The translations under genes were made by a program, and so were the position numbers. Below the pieces are notes generated by a model that was given only the letters and a program-made list of their open reading frames with translations, had not been told where the DNA came from and made no database searches. This document shows, one piece after another, positions 13,471 to 28,700 of a stretch of 64,000 nucleotides of DNA (the first letter of the stretch is position 1; every line of letters begins with the position of its first letter). The stretch comes from Eledone cirrhosa (lineage: Eukaryota). The stretch covers positions 365,986,001 through 366,050,000 of the forward strand of contig OZ024740.1 of assembly GCA_964016885.1 (NCBI GenBank), read 5' to 3'.

Positions 13471-14083
13471 CAATAATGTGCTGTCTGTGGGCTTTGAACT
13501 GTATCAAATTTTTATATGTGGAATACATGTGAGGCATGGGCAAAATTATATATATATAAAAAAAAAGGGCTATTAAATACTCTGTGGAGCCTTCACAGGA
13601 TCAGAAAATGTTCATGTCACTGAAGTTCTTACACCTGATTATATATATATACACACACACACATACGTGTGCCTGTGCAATGACATGGAAATGCTTAGTT
13701 TGGTACCCGAGTACACAGTTAACCCACTGGGAGTGAGAGACCCCTAGTTCTTGTTAGCACCTCATTCTAGGAGAAGGAAAACTTTGATGTAAAACCTGTG
13801 GCTCGATGACAGCCAATGATGTTGACCTGTTCCACTTTTTGGATAACTGTCACCAGTATTCAGAGTGGGAATGGTCCAGTGCAAGGCCTTTCTTCATGTA
13901 AAAAAGCATCAAGCACAGGCATCGCTTGATCTAAATGACTTTCACGTGTGGTGTGTGAGCATGGCCTTTTCTCTTTTTTTTTTTCTTTGCAGCTTATGCA
14001 GAAAGGAATCTAAGTTTTTGGCAGTGCTACCTATGTATGAGAAAAAGGTCAAGGGATGGAAATTCCTGAAACCAGCCTGCAGC

Positions 14084-14590
<507 letters not shown>

Positions 14591-14941
14591 CCAGGGAGTG
14601 TAACTTGGAGTTACTGTAGGTTCATCTGGGTGAGCACTCGATGTTTAGATTCACTTCTGTGTCGAGCTAGACAGTGTATTATACTAAAATAAAACAAGGA
14701 TGATTGGTTACTCCTTCATTACGTTTATTGGTTGGAGACATGCGTTTCGCCACCGACCAGCGCAAGGTTCTATCTGTATCGATCTAGCCCAACTCTGTGG
14801 TAATGAATGTAAATGAAAAAATTTTTTCATTTCCATTGTAAGGGGGTTTGATGAGCTGTGGATTACAGAGTTGGGCTAGATTGATACAGATCGAACCTTG
14901 AGCTGATCAGTAACCAATCGTCCTTGTTTTATTTTACTATA
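14591..14941 (-). mobile_element. Fold-back element, probable Penelope-like pLTR fragment with 3' half of a hammerhead core
   Basis: 33-bp inverted repeats 14680-14712/14909-14941, long internal hairpin, minus-strand GAAACGCATGTC followed by AATAAA. Confidence 0.5.
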
Positions 14942-14975
14942 TATATATTATATATATATATATATATTATATATA

Positions 14976-15409
14976 CTAGCAGAAAAACCACCCTTTGGGT
15001 GGTTTTCTGCTGGCATGTGTAGTGTGTATATTGATATTATACGCAGGTATATATACATGTAGATATGATACATCAAATAAAATCATAATTGACAATATAT
15101 AATACATAGAAATTGAACGAAGACTGCGTTACACTGTCTTATTTAATCAGTAACGTAATCCATGATACATTAAAAAAGACGATATTATATATAAACTGCA
15201 TTAGGAGAAAATTAGTGACGGAAAATTAGTATGTTTATTTAAGCGATCGCCACCGGAAGTGTTGACATTTCGGAAATTTTAAAGAAGTGAATCTTTAAAT
15301 AAATAAAATATATTTAATGAACAGCCACGAAATTTAGTAGATAAATTATGTAATATTCATTCATTATTTATTCAAAGTAATCCAACTTATTTTATTATTA
15401 TAGTTTAGA
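14976..15409 (-). mobile_element. Non-autonomous Helitron, 434 bp
   Basis: Minus strand A|TC... start; subterminal hairpin aaaaccaccc-aaa-gggtggtttt; ...CTAG|T end; no TSD. Confidence 0.8.
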
Positions 15410-16302
15410 TATAATAGAGAGAGAGTTTTGTATTTCATATCAAGAATCATGTAAATAAGAAAAATGCCCCCCAAAACAATAAATTAAAAAGGGAACACAC
15501 ACACACACATTCATATATACACTCAATCCCCCAACCACAAAAATAAATAGCTGAAGATATGAAAGGAACTGTGCCATAAAGTCTTGGAAGGTGAACAGAA
15601 AGCGTGGAATAGGTGTGAATAAGTAGATGGTATATAAGGCCAGATAGTCATCATGACCCACCTGTTGTTGACACCTGTTTTAGTGTGATCAAAGTAATTT
15701 GATGAACCAATTAATCAACTAATTATCTAATCAATCAATAAAATTGAAGTGAAATACAACTATAGTTAGTGTTTCTGATTGGCAGGTTTTCCACTTAAAG
15801 TACAATATATGCATATATATATATATATATATATGGTGGCTGCCAACTCGTTTTCGAGTACGGCCACTACTTTATATCAATGTAGGAGAACCCCTACCGA
15901 TGCGCTGAACGAGTGTGACTTTTTAGTCCAGCCAGCGACTTGAAAACTCTGGTACAAACACTACACTTGTGACAATTATTGACACAGTGCTGGTCCTATG
16001 GTACCATGTGACGACAAGTGCAGAGAGATCTCCAGATATAAAGTAATGCCTGTGCCGTGAAGCTTTTATAGTGAGCAAAGGCATTGCACAAAGCCAGTCC
16101 CACTCTCTTAACCAAGATGATATTTACCAAAAAGAAGAACAAGTCAACATCATTGGATACCATCAGGGTTGGAGGTGTTATATCAGAGTTTTCCTTCTCC
16201 TAGAATTCTGCCTTGACAAAGGCTAAGGGGTCATCTCTCCCAGTGATTTTGGGAAAAGGGCAAAGGAGCTCTTAAGAGTCAATGGCCATCCAAAATCACC
16301 GG

Positions 16303-16348
<46 letters not shown>

Positions 16349-17556
16349 CACATGGCTTTCATTTTTTCCCCCCCCCCCATTATCTTTGTCCTGTGCACAC
16401 CCTATCTTGAATTTATATTCTAAAGACTTAAGCATGCAGGCTTTTTTTAAACTATCATATAAGAAAGATATAGGTACTGTATGCACAATCATTGTGCCAC
16501 ACCATACCTCATATAAACAAGAATGAAACAATGCAGTGTCAAGCCTGCATAGTGGAAATATATCTTGATACAGCATTTCAATGAATTGAATTGAAAGCAA
16601 AAAAAATTATACCAAAATTACTACAACGAGAAGAACAATGCAGTGAAGCCCAATTGATTTTCCAGAAATACGCATCACACACTCAGTTGTAGTAAGTTCT
16701 CCAACTGAGCCCATGATAATTGGAAGGGAGAAAAAGCTTTCTACATTGAAATATCATCCAAAAAATGCTAGGTCAGCAAAAAACTGAAGACAGTAGCTAC
16801 TATAACAGTTGACTTAAATTTAATTACACACACACACACACATATATGAAGTTTATTATATGTAATTAGTACTCTATTTCATTGCTCATAATTAGAAATA
16901 CTAGTAATAAGATATAAGTACTACTAGTAATAAGATATAAGTACTACTACTAAATTTATGAATATCAGTATTTGTATATTACAGTCAGCAATATTTCTGG
17001 GGGCAGTGTATATGGTGGTGGTGATGGAGCAATATTCACTATGCATACAAAGAAGCTATATTTAGCACATATCTAAATGAAGCTGCATTAAAATGCCAAC
17101 AGATTAGCTACAATTACACTGGCTTAATTATATAAATACCTATATCATAAAATTCATAAGAAAAAAATACAAGCTGGATCATATCTACACCCATTCCAAT
17201 CCCAGCAACCAGTACCTTAGATACTAGGTGGGCATTAACAATCAGTCAGACAGGAAAGTATAAAAATGAAATTATATATAATATACTTAGCTACTCCAGT
17301 ACAATTAGTGATATCCGAGTTTTAAAATGAGAACTCATAATTGTGAAAATTGGCAACAGCAGTTCCTTACCACATAAGAATCTTACTATTCTAATGTTGA
17401 AAGATGGAAAAGAAAATACAGATCCCTGCTAATATTTATTACATCATTTGGACAAGTCTGCAATACATCATATTTTCCTTAAAATCACATACTTTGGGTG
17501 TGGTTTGATTCATTTCATATAAATAAATGACAAGTCTGTGGGATAGAAGCTTTTAA

Positions 17557-17760
17557 CCCTTTAGCATTTACATTACTCTATATTTACTATTATATTTTCA
17601 CAGTAAAGGCTTTATCTCATATATATCGAATCTATGGAATTTTGATATTTATTTTGAGAACAATACCTTAACATAAGTATGAGCGATCGGTTTAGACTGG
17701 TTTGAACAGAGGAAGGTGAGAGAATTCTGGCCGGATTTGGCCGGTTTAAATGCTAAAAGG
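17557..17760. mobile_element. piggyBac-type MITE
   Basis: TTAA|CCCTTTAGCATTTA ... TAAATGCTAAAAGG|TTAA. Confidence 0.82.
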
Positions 17761-19060
17761 TTAAAGCTACAATTTATATAATTGATAAATCAGATATAAC
17801 TTAGTATTTTTACTTTGTTATAACGAGTTTGATCTAGATCATTTGACATTAGAAAAATGTTTAAATGCTAGGGGAGAGTGAATAGTGAAGACAATCCATG
17901 TAGTCACTACTACCTGTAAGAAGGGAACCGCCTATTTACATGTAAACAAACTGAACTCGAGATAGTTTGTGATATTTTTCAAGACTTAGAGAAGGGCAAT
18001 GACAATGACTGTTTTTAGGGCCTTTGAAAACTAGTGAGAAGACTGGTAGAAGTTATCAGACTATTGACCTTGCCCAAATGTAAGAGTGGACTCTGCTAGA
18101 GATAATCCACGGGCCAGGTACTGGTGTTAAACAACTGGACAATAAACTAAGTTTAACACAATTTACAATACTTCCCATGTTAACTTTCGAGTGGAAAGAA
18201 ATATAAATGCCCTCATATCTCAATAAAATATCTCGAAAAGGACCCCATGATGTGTATGAAGCTAGTTATGGGCCTCACAAGGCTAATATCTGCTTGTTAT
18301 GTTGTATATATCTTAACAGATTGCTGGAAGTTGCAAAATTTATACCCTGCTAACTGTTCAGCAGATTAGTATGTGATATAGTCTTATCAGTTACAGACTT
18401 TTCAACAAGTAAAGACACTATCATATACAAACATACCTGCAGATCTAAAAAGCAGAGTGTTTGTGCTGAAGACTTTCTGTAAGTTGACAGGTGCCGAAGG
18501 TATGCAATAAACAGATTGACAGTTGCAGGTATATATACATACATGGAGGTACACTAAGAAAGAATACCACCTAGCAAATATTTAAGATAATTAAACAAGA
18601 CAGTAGTGCTGAAGATGAAAACAAAAAAAAAACATGAAAATAAAACAACTCTAAGCCGGAATAATTTGTTAATCAGAAAGGTCAAATAAAAAAGTAACAA
18701 TATATGTGTGTGAGCATGTTTTTTAAACAATCATAAAATAACTGGTTTTTAGAAGCATTTTATGAAGATAGATTTATGTATTTCATAATTTAATATACAA
18801 AATCAGAAAGTTTATGTTAATGCATATCCTACACATACACACTAATAACTGAAAACAAAGAAGAACCACCACAACCCACTAAAAAAGAATGACTTATGAA
18901 CATCTTAAAGTCAATAAAACAAATCAAAGTTTAGGAAAGAAACTAACTAAAATACAAAAACAAAACAAAGAAACAAACAGGTAAGCTACAATTAGTTTGA
19001 AAAAGCCAGGCACCCAAGTTGTGTGAAACAAGTAAGTTACCTGTATCAGCACTATAGTTT

Positions 19061-19097
<37 letters not shown>

Positions 19098-20504
19098 CAT
19101 ATTTTTACACACACAAACATATAGGCACACACACATATACACAAACAGGTATTGCCTTTCCAATGTGATATATATATTCCACAGTTAGCTTCCCAGCATT
19201 CTGTTTATTCGATGAAGTATATTATAAAAAGAGACTACTTTCATTATCCACAACAACAGCAAATAGGTAAGAAACAAACAACCAACCTCAGAAATCCTTA
19301 AGTGATTGTTTTCAAAGATAGTTCTTGCAACAGTTGCATTACCGCTACCTGTTAACACGGTGACAATTAGTAGTTTCTTTATGCATTCAATGAGACATCA
19401 AACGATTTTTCCTGTTAGTTTTTTTTTTTCTTTCAGTCTTTTATCACAGGTTTACAGCCAACTATATTATTGGACAAGTGACAGTCACTTGAACCATGGC
19501 ATAATATGTGTGTGTGTGTGTGTATGCATTTATATAAATGTATGTATGTGTGTTTGTTGGTGGTTGTTATAAGTATAGAACTAACAACAAGACCGGTATA
19601 GAGAATAGTTGTGTGTGAGTGTGTGTAAGGGGGACAGTGATTAAGGTTGTTGGTGGAGTTGATATATATACAGCTGTTCTGATAGTGTCCCCTACTAGCC
19701 AACTGCTGTACAATATAGAACTGCACAACAGATCAATACTGAAGTGGTTACCAAAATCTGCTTATACTGTTGTACTGCTGCTGCTGTTGTTTTGTGGTTG
19801 AGGCTGCTGCTGTTGCTGTAGCCAGGCAAGGCAAGGCTAATGCTGCTGTTGCTGCTGTCTGTGTGTGTGTGTCTATGGCAAAGCTGCTGCTGTCTATGTG
19901 TGTCTATGGCAAAGCTGCTGTGTGTGTGTAACTACAGCAATGCTGCTCTATGTGTATCTATAGCAAAGTTGCTACTATTGTGGTTGCCATCACAATTTGA
20001 TTAGGCTCTCTCTCAGTCTATCTCTATGTTTTTCTATCTTTCAAACACATATATACACACATGAACACACAGCCAAAATATACAGGATCATACCCCCACC
20101 TGTGACTATTACAATTGTCTTCAATCCTTTGAACTAGCTTGCAGGAGACCCCCTTCTACCACCGGTCAGGTTCACCTTTATCCCAGACAGCACTCAACCT
20201 TTTGCCTAATCTTTGTTCGCCTATAAATGCAATCCTCTGAAATTCTTTCTCTGCCTAAACACCCTCTACATTTCCAATAAATATTTAAGCTGAACATCAA
20301 TCACGATAATCTCATCAGTGTGGGAGAGTCCACAATAGTCATGGGGGTACCAACTCACCTTTTCTGACTACACTATTAAAGTAATGAACATTTATATATA
20401 CACATATATATCATCATTATCATTTTATGTCTGCTTCTTCATGCTTGTATGGGGTGACTAGGTCCGTTTCAGTGCAGCGTCTCTCCACTTGTGATCCTTT
20501 GTCA

Positions 20505-20780
20505 CTCATCATCATTTTACGCCCGCTTTTCCCAGCTTGCACAGCATCTCTCCACTTGTCACGGTCCTTCATCATCTCCTCTGTGAGTTTCAGCAATTTG
20601 AAATCAGCTCACACCAGGTTTTCCTTTCTCTTTCTCTACTTCAGCGTCCTTCCACTGACATTTCCTAGCACTTATTCACCCAGTGATCATCATCCATGCA
20701 CATTATGTGTCCATACCAGTACAGTCTACTCTCCTGCACAGAACACCTGATTCCTCTTATACTCCACTTTTTCTGCTAGC
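20505..20780 (-). mobile_element. Degenerate 3' fragment related to RTE family B
   Basis: Minus strand WYGHIMCMDDD..WV.KC remnant, gaccgtgacaagtggagagatgctgtgc and gggcgtaaaatgatgatga, similar to 59000-59260. Confidence 0.7.
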
Positions 20781-23194
20781 AAGGGTTGGATGGGTCATTA
20801 CAGACTGAGTTAATATTTAAGCAGAGCTTAAGATGGACAAAGGGCCTGCATCTCACATTCATATATGTGTGTGTGCGTGTGTTCCCCTATGTCTATATAT
20901 CAACATCATAACTTTATATCTGCTTACTTCACTAGCATGCGCTGGAGCATGTTGTCACAGTCTAAGACCAGGTGGGTTAGAGTGACCTCAAACATTCCCT
21001 ATTTGGCATGATTTCTATGGCTGGATGCCCTTCTTAATGCCAGTCACCTTACAGAATGTAATGGGTGCATTTTTTATGCCACCAGCACTACCACTTTTCA
21101 CATTGAACTGAGTACTTTTTACCATGACACCAGCACTAGAGAGGTTGTCACATGCTTAGTCAGACTGATGAGTCATTTCAAAGTCTATGTATCCATTTGG
21201 TCTCTCACCATGTTTATTCTAGTGTCCTACTGGACAGTGGTCATGCTAGGGCACTGTCTTCAAGCATTTCAATCAATTATAACAATATTGACTGATGTTT
21301 ATTTTAGCAATCTTAAAAGAATGCAAGACAAAGTAAACTTTGATGGAATTTGAACTCTGAACACAGAGAGATACAACCAAATACTGTAAAAATTCTGTAA
21401 AAACCCCAACCTTGATATATAGATACATACACATGTATACATACAAATAGCGAAGGTGATGGAGTCTCCACTTGTTTTGATGATGAGGACTCATTTATTC
21501 AACTGGAATAGTCAGCCACAAACCTAGACACTGCTGCCTATAATGGAGGAGAGGAAGATAGCTAAATAGCAGGACTTGATCGAGTGCTTCTCATGCTGAA
21601 TGTCATTGAGACGTTTGTTGTCCTAAGTCCCTGAACTGCTGTTTTCCTCCACAAAATTGGAGGAGTACATATCATTCAAGGAAGAAGCTATGTGTGGCGG
21701 AGTGGCTGATGCAGTGGGTACTACTGGTTGTTGCTCCCTCTTCCTTTCCACTATTTAATTGTCTTGTTCTGTCTTTCCTTTTTTTTTTTTAAATGTAAGT
21801 AAATTAACCTCTATGCAACTAAATATTTCATAGACATGCACACTCAATGTAATTCAAAGGCAGAATCACTGTAATATAATGTGTGCCAAAGCTAGCACTT
21901 AAAATTACAGGTAAAGTCCAACTGACAGGCTTCCACAAAGTTTCTATCTACTCAATTTTACTAAAGAAAAGGTAGATCAGCCCAAGGCCATAGTAAAAGC
22001 CATTTACTAAAGATGCCACATAGTGGGCTTGAACCCAGGAGCCCTGATGATTGCATAGCAAATTTCACCAATTTGACCATGCATACAGAAACAGAGTGTG
22101 TAGCTACTTATTTGATAGTAAAAACTACATGTAGTTTTCGTTGCAATTATTGAAACATCAATACCTATAAACTAGACAGAGCTGTACATGAAATACTGAA
22201 GTACACAAAAGAAGGGGGATAAGAGGTTGGGAGAGTTTCAAAGCATAGAGAACACTTTAGGGAAGGGGAAAGGAATATAATACAATATTTAGATAAATAA
22301 CAAAAAGATGTTAAAACCTCCTCATCTAAATTAATAGAAGGGAGGTTGGGGTTGCAGAAACAGGCAGACAAACAAACAAACAAACAAACAAACAAAATCT
22401 ATGATCTGAACAAATTCAATTCATTGAAACATATTGGAAACTGTAAGACAACAACATCAACAACAAAATGGCACATCTCATATTTTGTGGGACCCTGTCA
22501 GTAAACATGAATACATTCTTCTTTTCCTCTCTTTTACACACACACACACACACACACACATACTGCAGGTAACTGAAGCACATGAAATTGTGCATAATAC
22601 TGCAGGAGAGGAAAAAATAAATTAGATAAAAAAAAAACAATGAAAACAACACCAATAATAATATTAAAATTAATAATGGTGATGATGATGATAGCAACAA
22701 CAACAATAATAATAACTGATAATAATAATAATAATGATGATGATGAATAAATGAATGAAAAAGAGTTTGCTTTTTCTTGAATAGTAAGAAAATGGCAGAT
22801 GAGTAAGTTTTAGAAAAAAAAATATGACAAGCTACAAAAGGGGAAGAGAGAGTGAGAGAGAAGTGGAGAGAGAGAGAAGAATTATAATGAAAATAAAAAG
22901 ACTTAAAATGTGCTATGAAAATAGAGGAAGGATATTTTATTATAGAGAATGAGTGCAGGGTGGTAGAAGATTATGGTTGACAGAGCATTTTCTACAATGA
23001 GGTGCAGGATTGTGGTGCAATGAGGTGAGGTGGAAGCAGCAGTGTTGCATAGAGGTTTAGAGTGGTGGTAGAAAGGTTAGGATCATGGTAGCAGTGGTGC
23101 AGAATATAGGTGGCAGGGGGTGGGGGTGGGGGGGTAGTAGTAGCAGAGGTGTTTGAAGAGAGAGGGAGAGAGAGGGGGGAGTGGATAGTGATGT

Positions 23195-23660
23195 CAGAAA
23201 TGTGAGGAGAGTGGTGGATGGTGGTGGTGGGAGTGTTAGGAGAGTGGTACAGGATAGTGGTGGTATAGACATCAGGAGAGAGGTGTTAGGAGAGTGGTAC
23301 AGGATAGTGGTGGTAGGAGTGTTAGGAGAGTGGTACAGGATAGTGGTGGTATAGACATCAGGAGAGAGGTGGTGGTAGGAGTGTTAGGAGAGTGGTACAG
23401 GATAGTGGTGGTATAGACATCAGGAGAGAGGTAGTGGTAGTGGTGGCAGGAATGTTAAGAAAGTGGTACAGGGTGGTAGTGGTATAGACTTCAACAGAGA
23501 GAGAGTTGGATGGTGGTGGTGGTGTTGGCAGGGATGTTAGAAAAGTGGTGAATGGTGGTGGCAAGAATGTTGGGAGAGTGGTACAGGATGGTAGTTGTTT
23601 GGCCATCAGGAAAAGTGAGTGGTGGATAGTTGTGGTAGTGGTGATGGAAAGAATGTTAGG
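23195..23660. repeat. G-rich minisatellite (gtgttaggagagtggtacaggatagtggtggta core)
   Basis: Core iterated six or more times with variable spacers. Confidence 0.85.
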
Positions 23661-25649
23661 TGAATAGTGGAGATGATGGCAAGAGTGTTAGGTTAGTGGT
23701 ACATAGAGACATAGTACACAGGTGAAGATTGCACATGTGAATAGTGGTTGGTTTGTGATATATGTGGAGGAGATGCAAGATGTTGACTATGCAAGAAGCA
23801 GAAAATGATGAGAAGTTGTGCTGTTGGGGAGAGAGGAGCAGGAAAAGGAAAGATGAAAAAAAATAAAATCTCAGAAAATACAATATTCAATGGAAATGAA
23901 AAGACACTTCATTAAATTATTATCATACCTTCCATTTCACCCACAACTTGCTTCTCACATAAAAAGAAAAATAACTCATTCATAAACAGTCCCAAAGATT
24001 CCTGTTCTTTGATAATGGAAAATGGAAATAAACAATAATAATAAATAAATAGATAAAAAAATAACTTCCAATATTTTGATGTTTTTTTTTCTTGTTTATT
24101 TTTTTGTATCTGACAACCTCTAATGATACCTAATAGAAACCAACAGGTTATTACAAGAGTAGTAACAATATACAATACTAAACATCTTTGACACCTATTT
24201 GTAAATAAGGTAATTTGAAATTTCTTTCATATAATCATGAAAACTAAGCAACACTCATAATTTGTCCTTACATACAAGATAGCAGTCTTAAAACACTTGG
24301 TTATTGATCTAAGAAACTAATATATATGCGTGTGTGTGTGTGTGTGTATATATATATATTTTTTAGACATCTCTCGAGGAGAAAGTCACTCTGATATAAA
24401 ACCGGTGACTTCGTTTGCATCCAATGATGTAGACCAGTTCTACTTTTTGGGTAAATGCATTCGATGTCCAGAGAGTAGGATTGGCCCCATGCAAAGCTGT
24501 TCCCCACTTCAAAAAGATTCAAGCACAGGCATCACTTAATGTGACATTTTTTGCGATACATGGAATGGCTGGCTATAGGGACTTGCCTATAGCCAGCCAT
24601 TCAAGACTAAAAAGCCACGTCCGTGATGCTCATGCTTGAGTATCAAGCGATGGCATTACTCAAAATAAAGTTGCAGCCATCATCTATATATACATACACT
24701 CATATGCATGTATATACATATACTATTACATACATACACCTATATGGACACAGTTTGGACTAATGATTAAGGAGCTTCACAATCATTAGGACCTGAGTTC
24801 AATCCCACTGCATGCCACTTTTAGGAAATTGTCATTTATCATAGCCTCAGGCCAACCCATACATAATGAGTAAAATTGGGTAAATGGAAACTTAAAAAAA
24901 TATGTTGATGAACTGTACCTAGTTATGCTGAATCTCCCTCAGAATTAAGTTATCAGTGCATATGTCTGAAGAGTGCTCAGTCAGTTATATGTTAATTTCA
25001 TGAGCAGGTAGTTCCTTTGATTGAAAAAAACTGGAAAAAAAAACGTAACTGGCAGAGGCCTATTCTACATCCATATATAAACAAATATATTTTTCCAACT
25101 CTATTTTCCCTGTTTTTAATCGCCTAGAAGCTGTAATGGCTCAGTAGATCAATTACTAGATGACTGTTTCAAGTGTCATCAGTACAAGTTAACTGCAACT
25201 TGTTCTATTCAGTTTTTTAGTAGGATACAAGATACAGTAGACATAAATTTACAGTAGAGATTAGAAAAAAACTCATTTTTTCTTGAGCAAGATATTCATC
25301 TCATCAGCTTCACACAAATAAAATAGGATTTAAGCAAGCACACATGTGCAGACACACACCTTAATTATCTCTACAATTCATGGAAAAATGCCTTTTTTTT
25401 CCCACTTGGAGGAGAGGCAATGGCCATGATGTTTCTAAGCTCTATATATCTGATATACAGAGAAATTATGGGTAAGGAAAAAACTTAAAGACTGCACTTT
25501 TGGAAAGAAATTACTGGGCAAAGTGTTTAGTACTGGATGACATGCAATAGGGATGAAAAGGGTTGGTGCACTGGGCGAGTTACAAGAAAGATAATGGGAA
25601 AGTGGGGCTAAATCATTGAGTAAAACAACAGGAATAATATAAGTAGGCA

Positions 25650-25782
25650 AGGTTGGTGCATAGATGACAAGAGGTGTGGCTGGTGAATGGATGACAAGAG
25701 GGGGCGTGGTTGGTGCATGGATGATGAGAGGGGGCGTGGCTGGAGAATGGAGGACAAGAGGGGGCGTGGCTGGTGCATTTGG
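25650..25782. repeat. 30-bp minisatellite, about four units
   Basis: atgacaagagggggcgtggctggtgcatgg variants in tandem. Confidence 0.8.
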
Positions 25783-28700
25783 AAGCAATGTTGCACAAGT
25801 TTGGTAGTTGTGTAGAGCGAAACCGGGTGAAATAGCAGCAGAAGAGAGAAACAGCAATATCTGTTAGCTAAAGCAATTGAACCAAGCACAGTTAAACTGA
25901 ACTTTGTCCATCATAAATGGAGTGAAAAGAGTAGAGTTTCCAGGCAGTTAAATTATTGTGTCTTTTGTTGATGTCATAATCTGTAATAAATCAGCCTAAT
26001 GATCTTCCATTTACTTGCCAATAAAAAAAATTGCAGTTGTGCCAGCAAAAAGCCTTTCCGCAGTCAATATATTTGCAAGAAATAGCAATCAAATCTTCAA
26101 ATCACATACAGCCATATAAAAAAAAAAGGGGGTAATTTGGTGCAAAATACATTCATCATTATTATCATCACTGTTTAATGTCCATTTCCATGCTTGCATG
26201 GATTAGATGGCTGCTGAAGCTGACTGGTCAGGTAACTAGGTATTGCCAGTATGCTTCATTTTCGCTTGGTTTCTATGGCTGGATGCCCTTTCTAACACCA
26301 ACTACATTACATCATGTACTGGGAACATTTTATTGTGACTCTGGCATTACCACCTTACTGGGTGAACCAGGTGCCTTTTTTGTGGCACCAGCACTACAAA
26401 CTTACAGAGTAGACTGGAAAGATTTCATCATAGCACCAGCACTACCACCGTTCAAGGCAGACTGGATACTTTTGTCAAACATTATGTTTGAAAAAATACT
26501 GAATGACCATGGCTAGAATGCCTTTGATATATTGTCTACTCTATGATAGCTGACCAAGAGCTAAACACAAGGTTTAAGTGCTTTATAACCTATCCACTTC
26601 AAATATGACATGGTTTAAACATCGCTTAAAGTTTTATCTTTCAAATATAATTTCGTGATTTTTTTTAGTGTATTGTATCTCAATTTTAGAACATATACTT
26701 TGTATTCTGGTACCATATATGGTGATTAAAACACTGCCTTTCAATAGAACTGTGATGAATTAGATTGTCATGGAGCCTGCAAAAGCCAATTCAAAACTTC
26801 AACAGAGAGACTGACTTTAAAATGTTTGTAGTGTGTACACACATTCACATTTGAGGGTCACAGGTGACTGAGACAATATTGTATGAGCTTATAATCAACA
26901 GATAGTAGTGAAGTAAATGATGCAATGCAAATATGCTGTAACTGTCATACATTGCGTTAGCTTGCATAATGACAAACTCAAATGTTCCCATGGATACCTT
27001 GAGAGATAGACAATTGCTAAGCTAATTCATCCTGCATCACAGTATGCATTCAATATTGTATGTGGGCATAGAATTTACACATATACACACATCTTTTAAT
27101 ATGATAATGTTCTACTTTCCCAAACCCATTTGAATAATTTATAAATTAAAAATTTCACAGATTTTTTTCTGATTTCCAACAACTGGAGAGAAAGAAAAAA
27201 ATATATATACATATATATACCTCCACTAATCCATGCAAGCATGGATTAGAGGCGATGGTTTGAGACAATATTTTTCAGCTGGATGTTGTTCCTGATATGA
27301 ATTAATCAGGTTTCATGATATGCAGGGATATGGTGTAGCTATCCTAAAAACCAGGACACACACACAAACATATATATATATAACCATACACACACAAGCA
27401 TTAAACTAATATATTCCTTTCGTATACTGTACCAATTGTGTTGTTATTTCTGTTTACCTTTTACACACACACACACATGCTAAATTGCTGTTTTATCGCC
27501 ATTTTCTCATGCATACTAGCAATAAATACTAGAGGAATAGTTTTTACAAACTTAGGACATTTGCATATTGTTGAAGCAAAAAGCATTTTACAGTTTGATG
27601 CTCTTACCAATCTGGACCAAGCAGCATACCAAAATTGCTGTAGTAGTAAGAGTTGAATTAATTACCATATGACAATTTAACCACACAGCTATATCTTCTA
27701 AACATACCATCACATTGGAAGAAGAAACAATTTGGAAAAGTATCTCCAGTAAACAGTACAAAAACAACAAAACATATATAATAGGAACATAAAATGATTG
27801 AATAAATTAATAAGATTGGTTGCATGTAGGCAACAACTAGATATCCTGCAAAACAAATAAAAGCTAAATTTTATAAACTAATTTCAACTGCATGTTGTTA
27901 AACAATACCATAAACAGTTTTGCTATATATTATACATCAATATAATTTTCTTTATATATATTTCTGTATTATAAAAGGCTGTCTAACTGGGATTATGTTT
28001 GCAATACTTCAATCAATGAATAATGCTGTAATTAGGATCAAGTACTCAACATCATGTATATCCTTCCAATTCAGGAGTGCTAGTCAAAAACAGTAGTGAA
28101 GCTTAAATAATAACAATTTTGTCTATTCATATGTATGTACATACACATACATTTTACTGTACAGTTGAGAGTTTGTTAATTTCAGACTACTCTATTTTAT
28201 GCAAGAACGGAAAAGATATTAAAACATACAAATAATTAAATAATTTACCCACACACATACCTATTAAATCCATGATCAATAAATAAACATTAACATATAA
28301 TGTGATATATATATGTATATATATATATATATATATACATAAAAGAAAAAAAATGAATGATACATGTAAAATTCTGTTGAGACTGGCTCTTGATAAATCT
28401 AACTTAAAGTTATTCTAAATAAATGGGTAGCCAAATTATTTCACTCATGGCACTAAAATATTTTGGTGCATTTTCTAGATGGAGTATAAAAAGTATATAA
28501 CCTATTAGAAATTAATTTATATTACAGAAAAGCATCAAGTGCTTAATTCTTTGAAGACTATATTTAAAATTTCAATCTGTATTTTTCAAATTAAAAAAGA
28601 AAAATTAAATATAATTTTACTGTTCTTGCAATGCATCTAGTTACATCTTGTAGCACATGCCAGTGTTTTAGAAATTTCTGTTTAATATCATAAATTTCAT

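Noticed and set aside
19040-20030. Possible alternative first exon (CAG-rich, donor-like sites)
   Set aside because: No ATG-initiated frame compatible with the downstream exon; needs RNA data.
23195-23660. CRISPR-like array
   Set aside because: Eukaryotic context, spacers are repeat variants, no cas genes.
25435-25857. 140-aa Pro-rich repeat ORF
   Set aside because: Explained by a 30-bp minisatellite; no convincing splice context.
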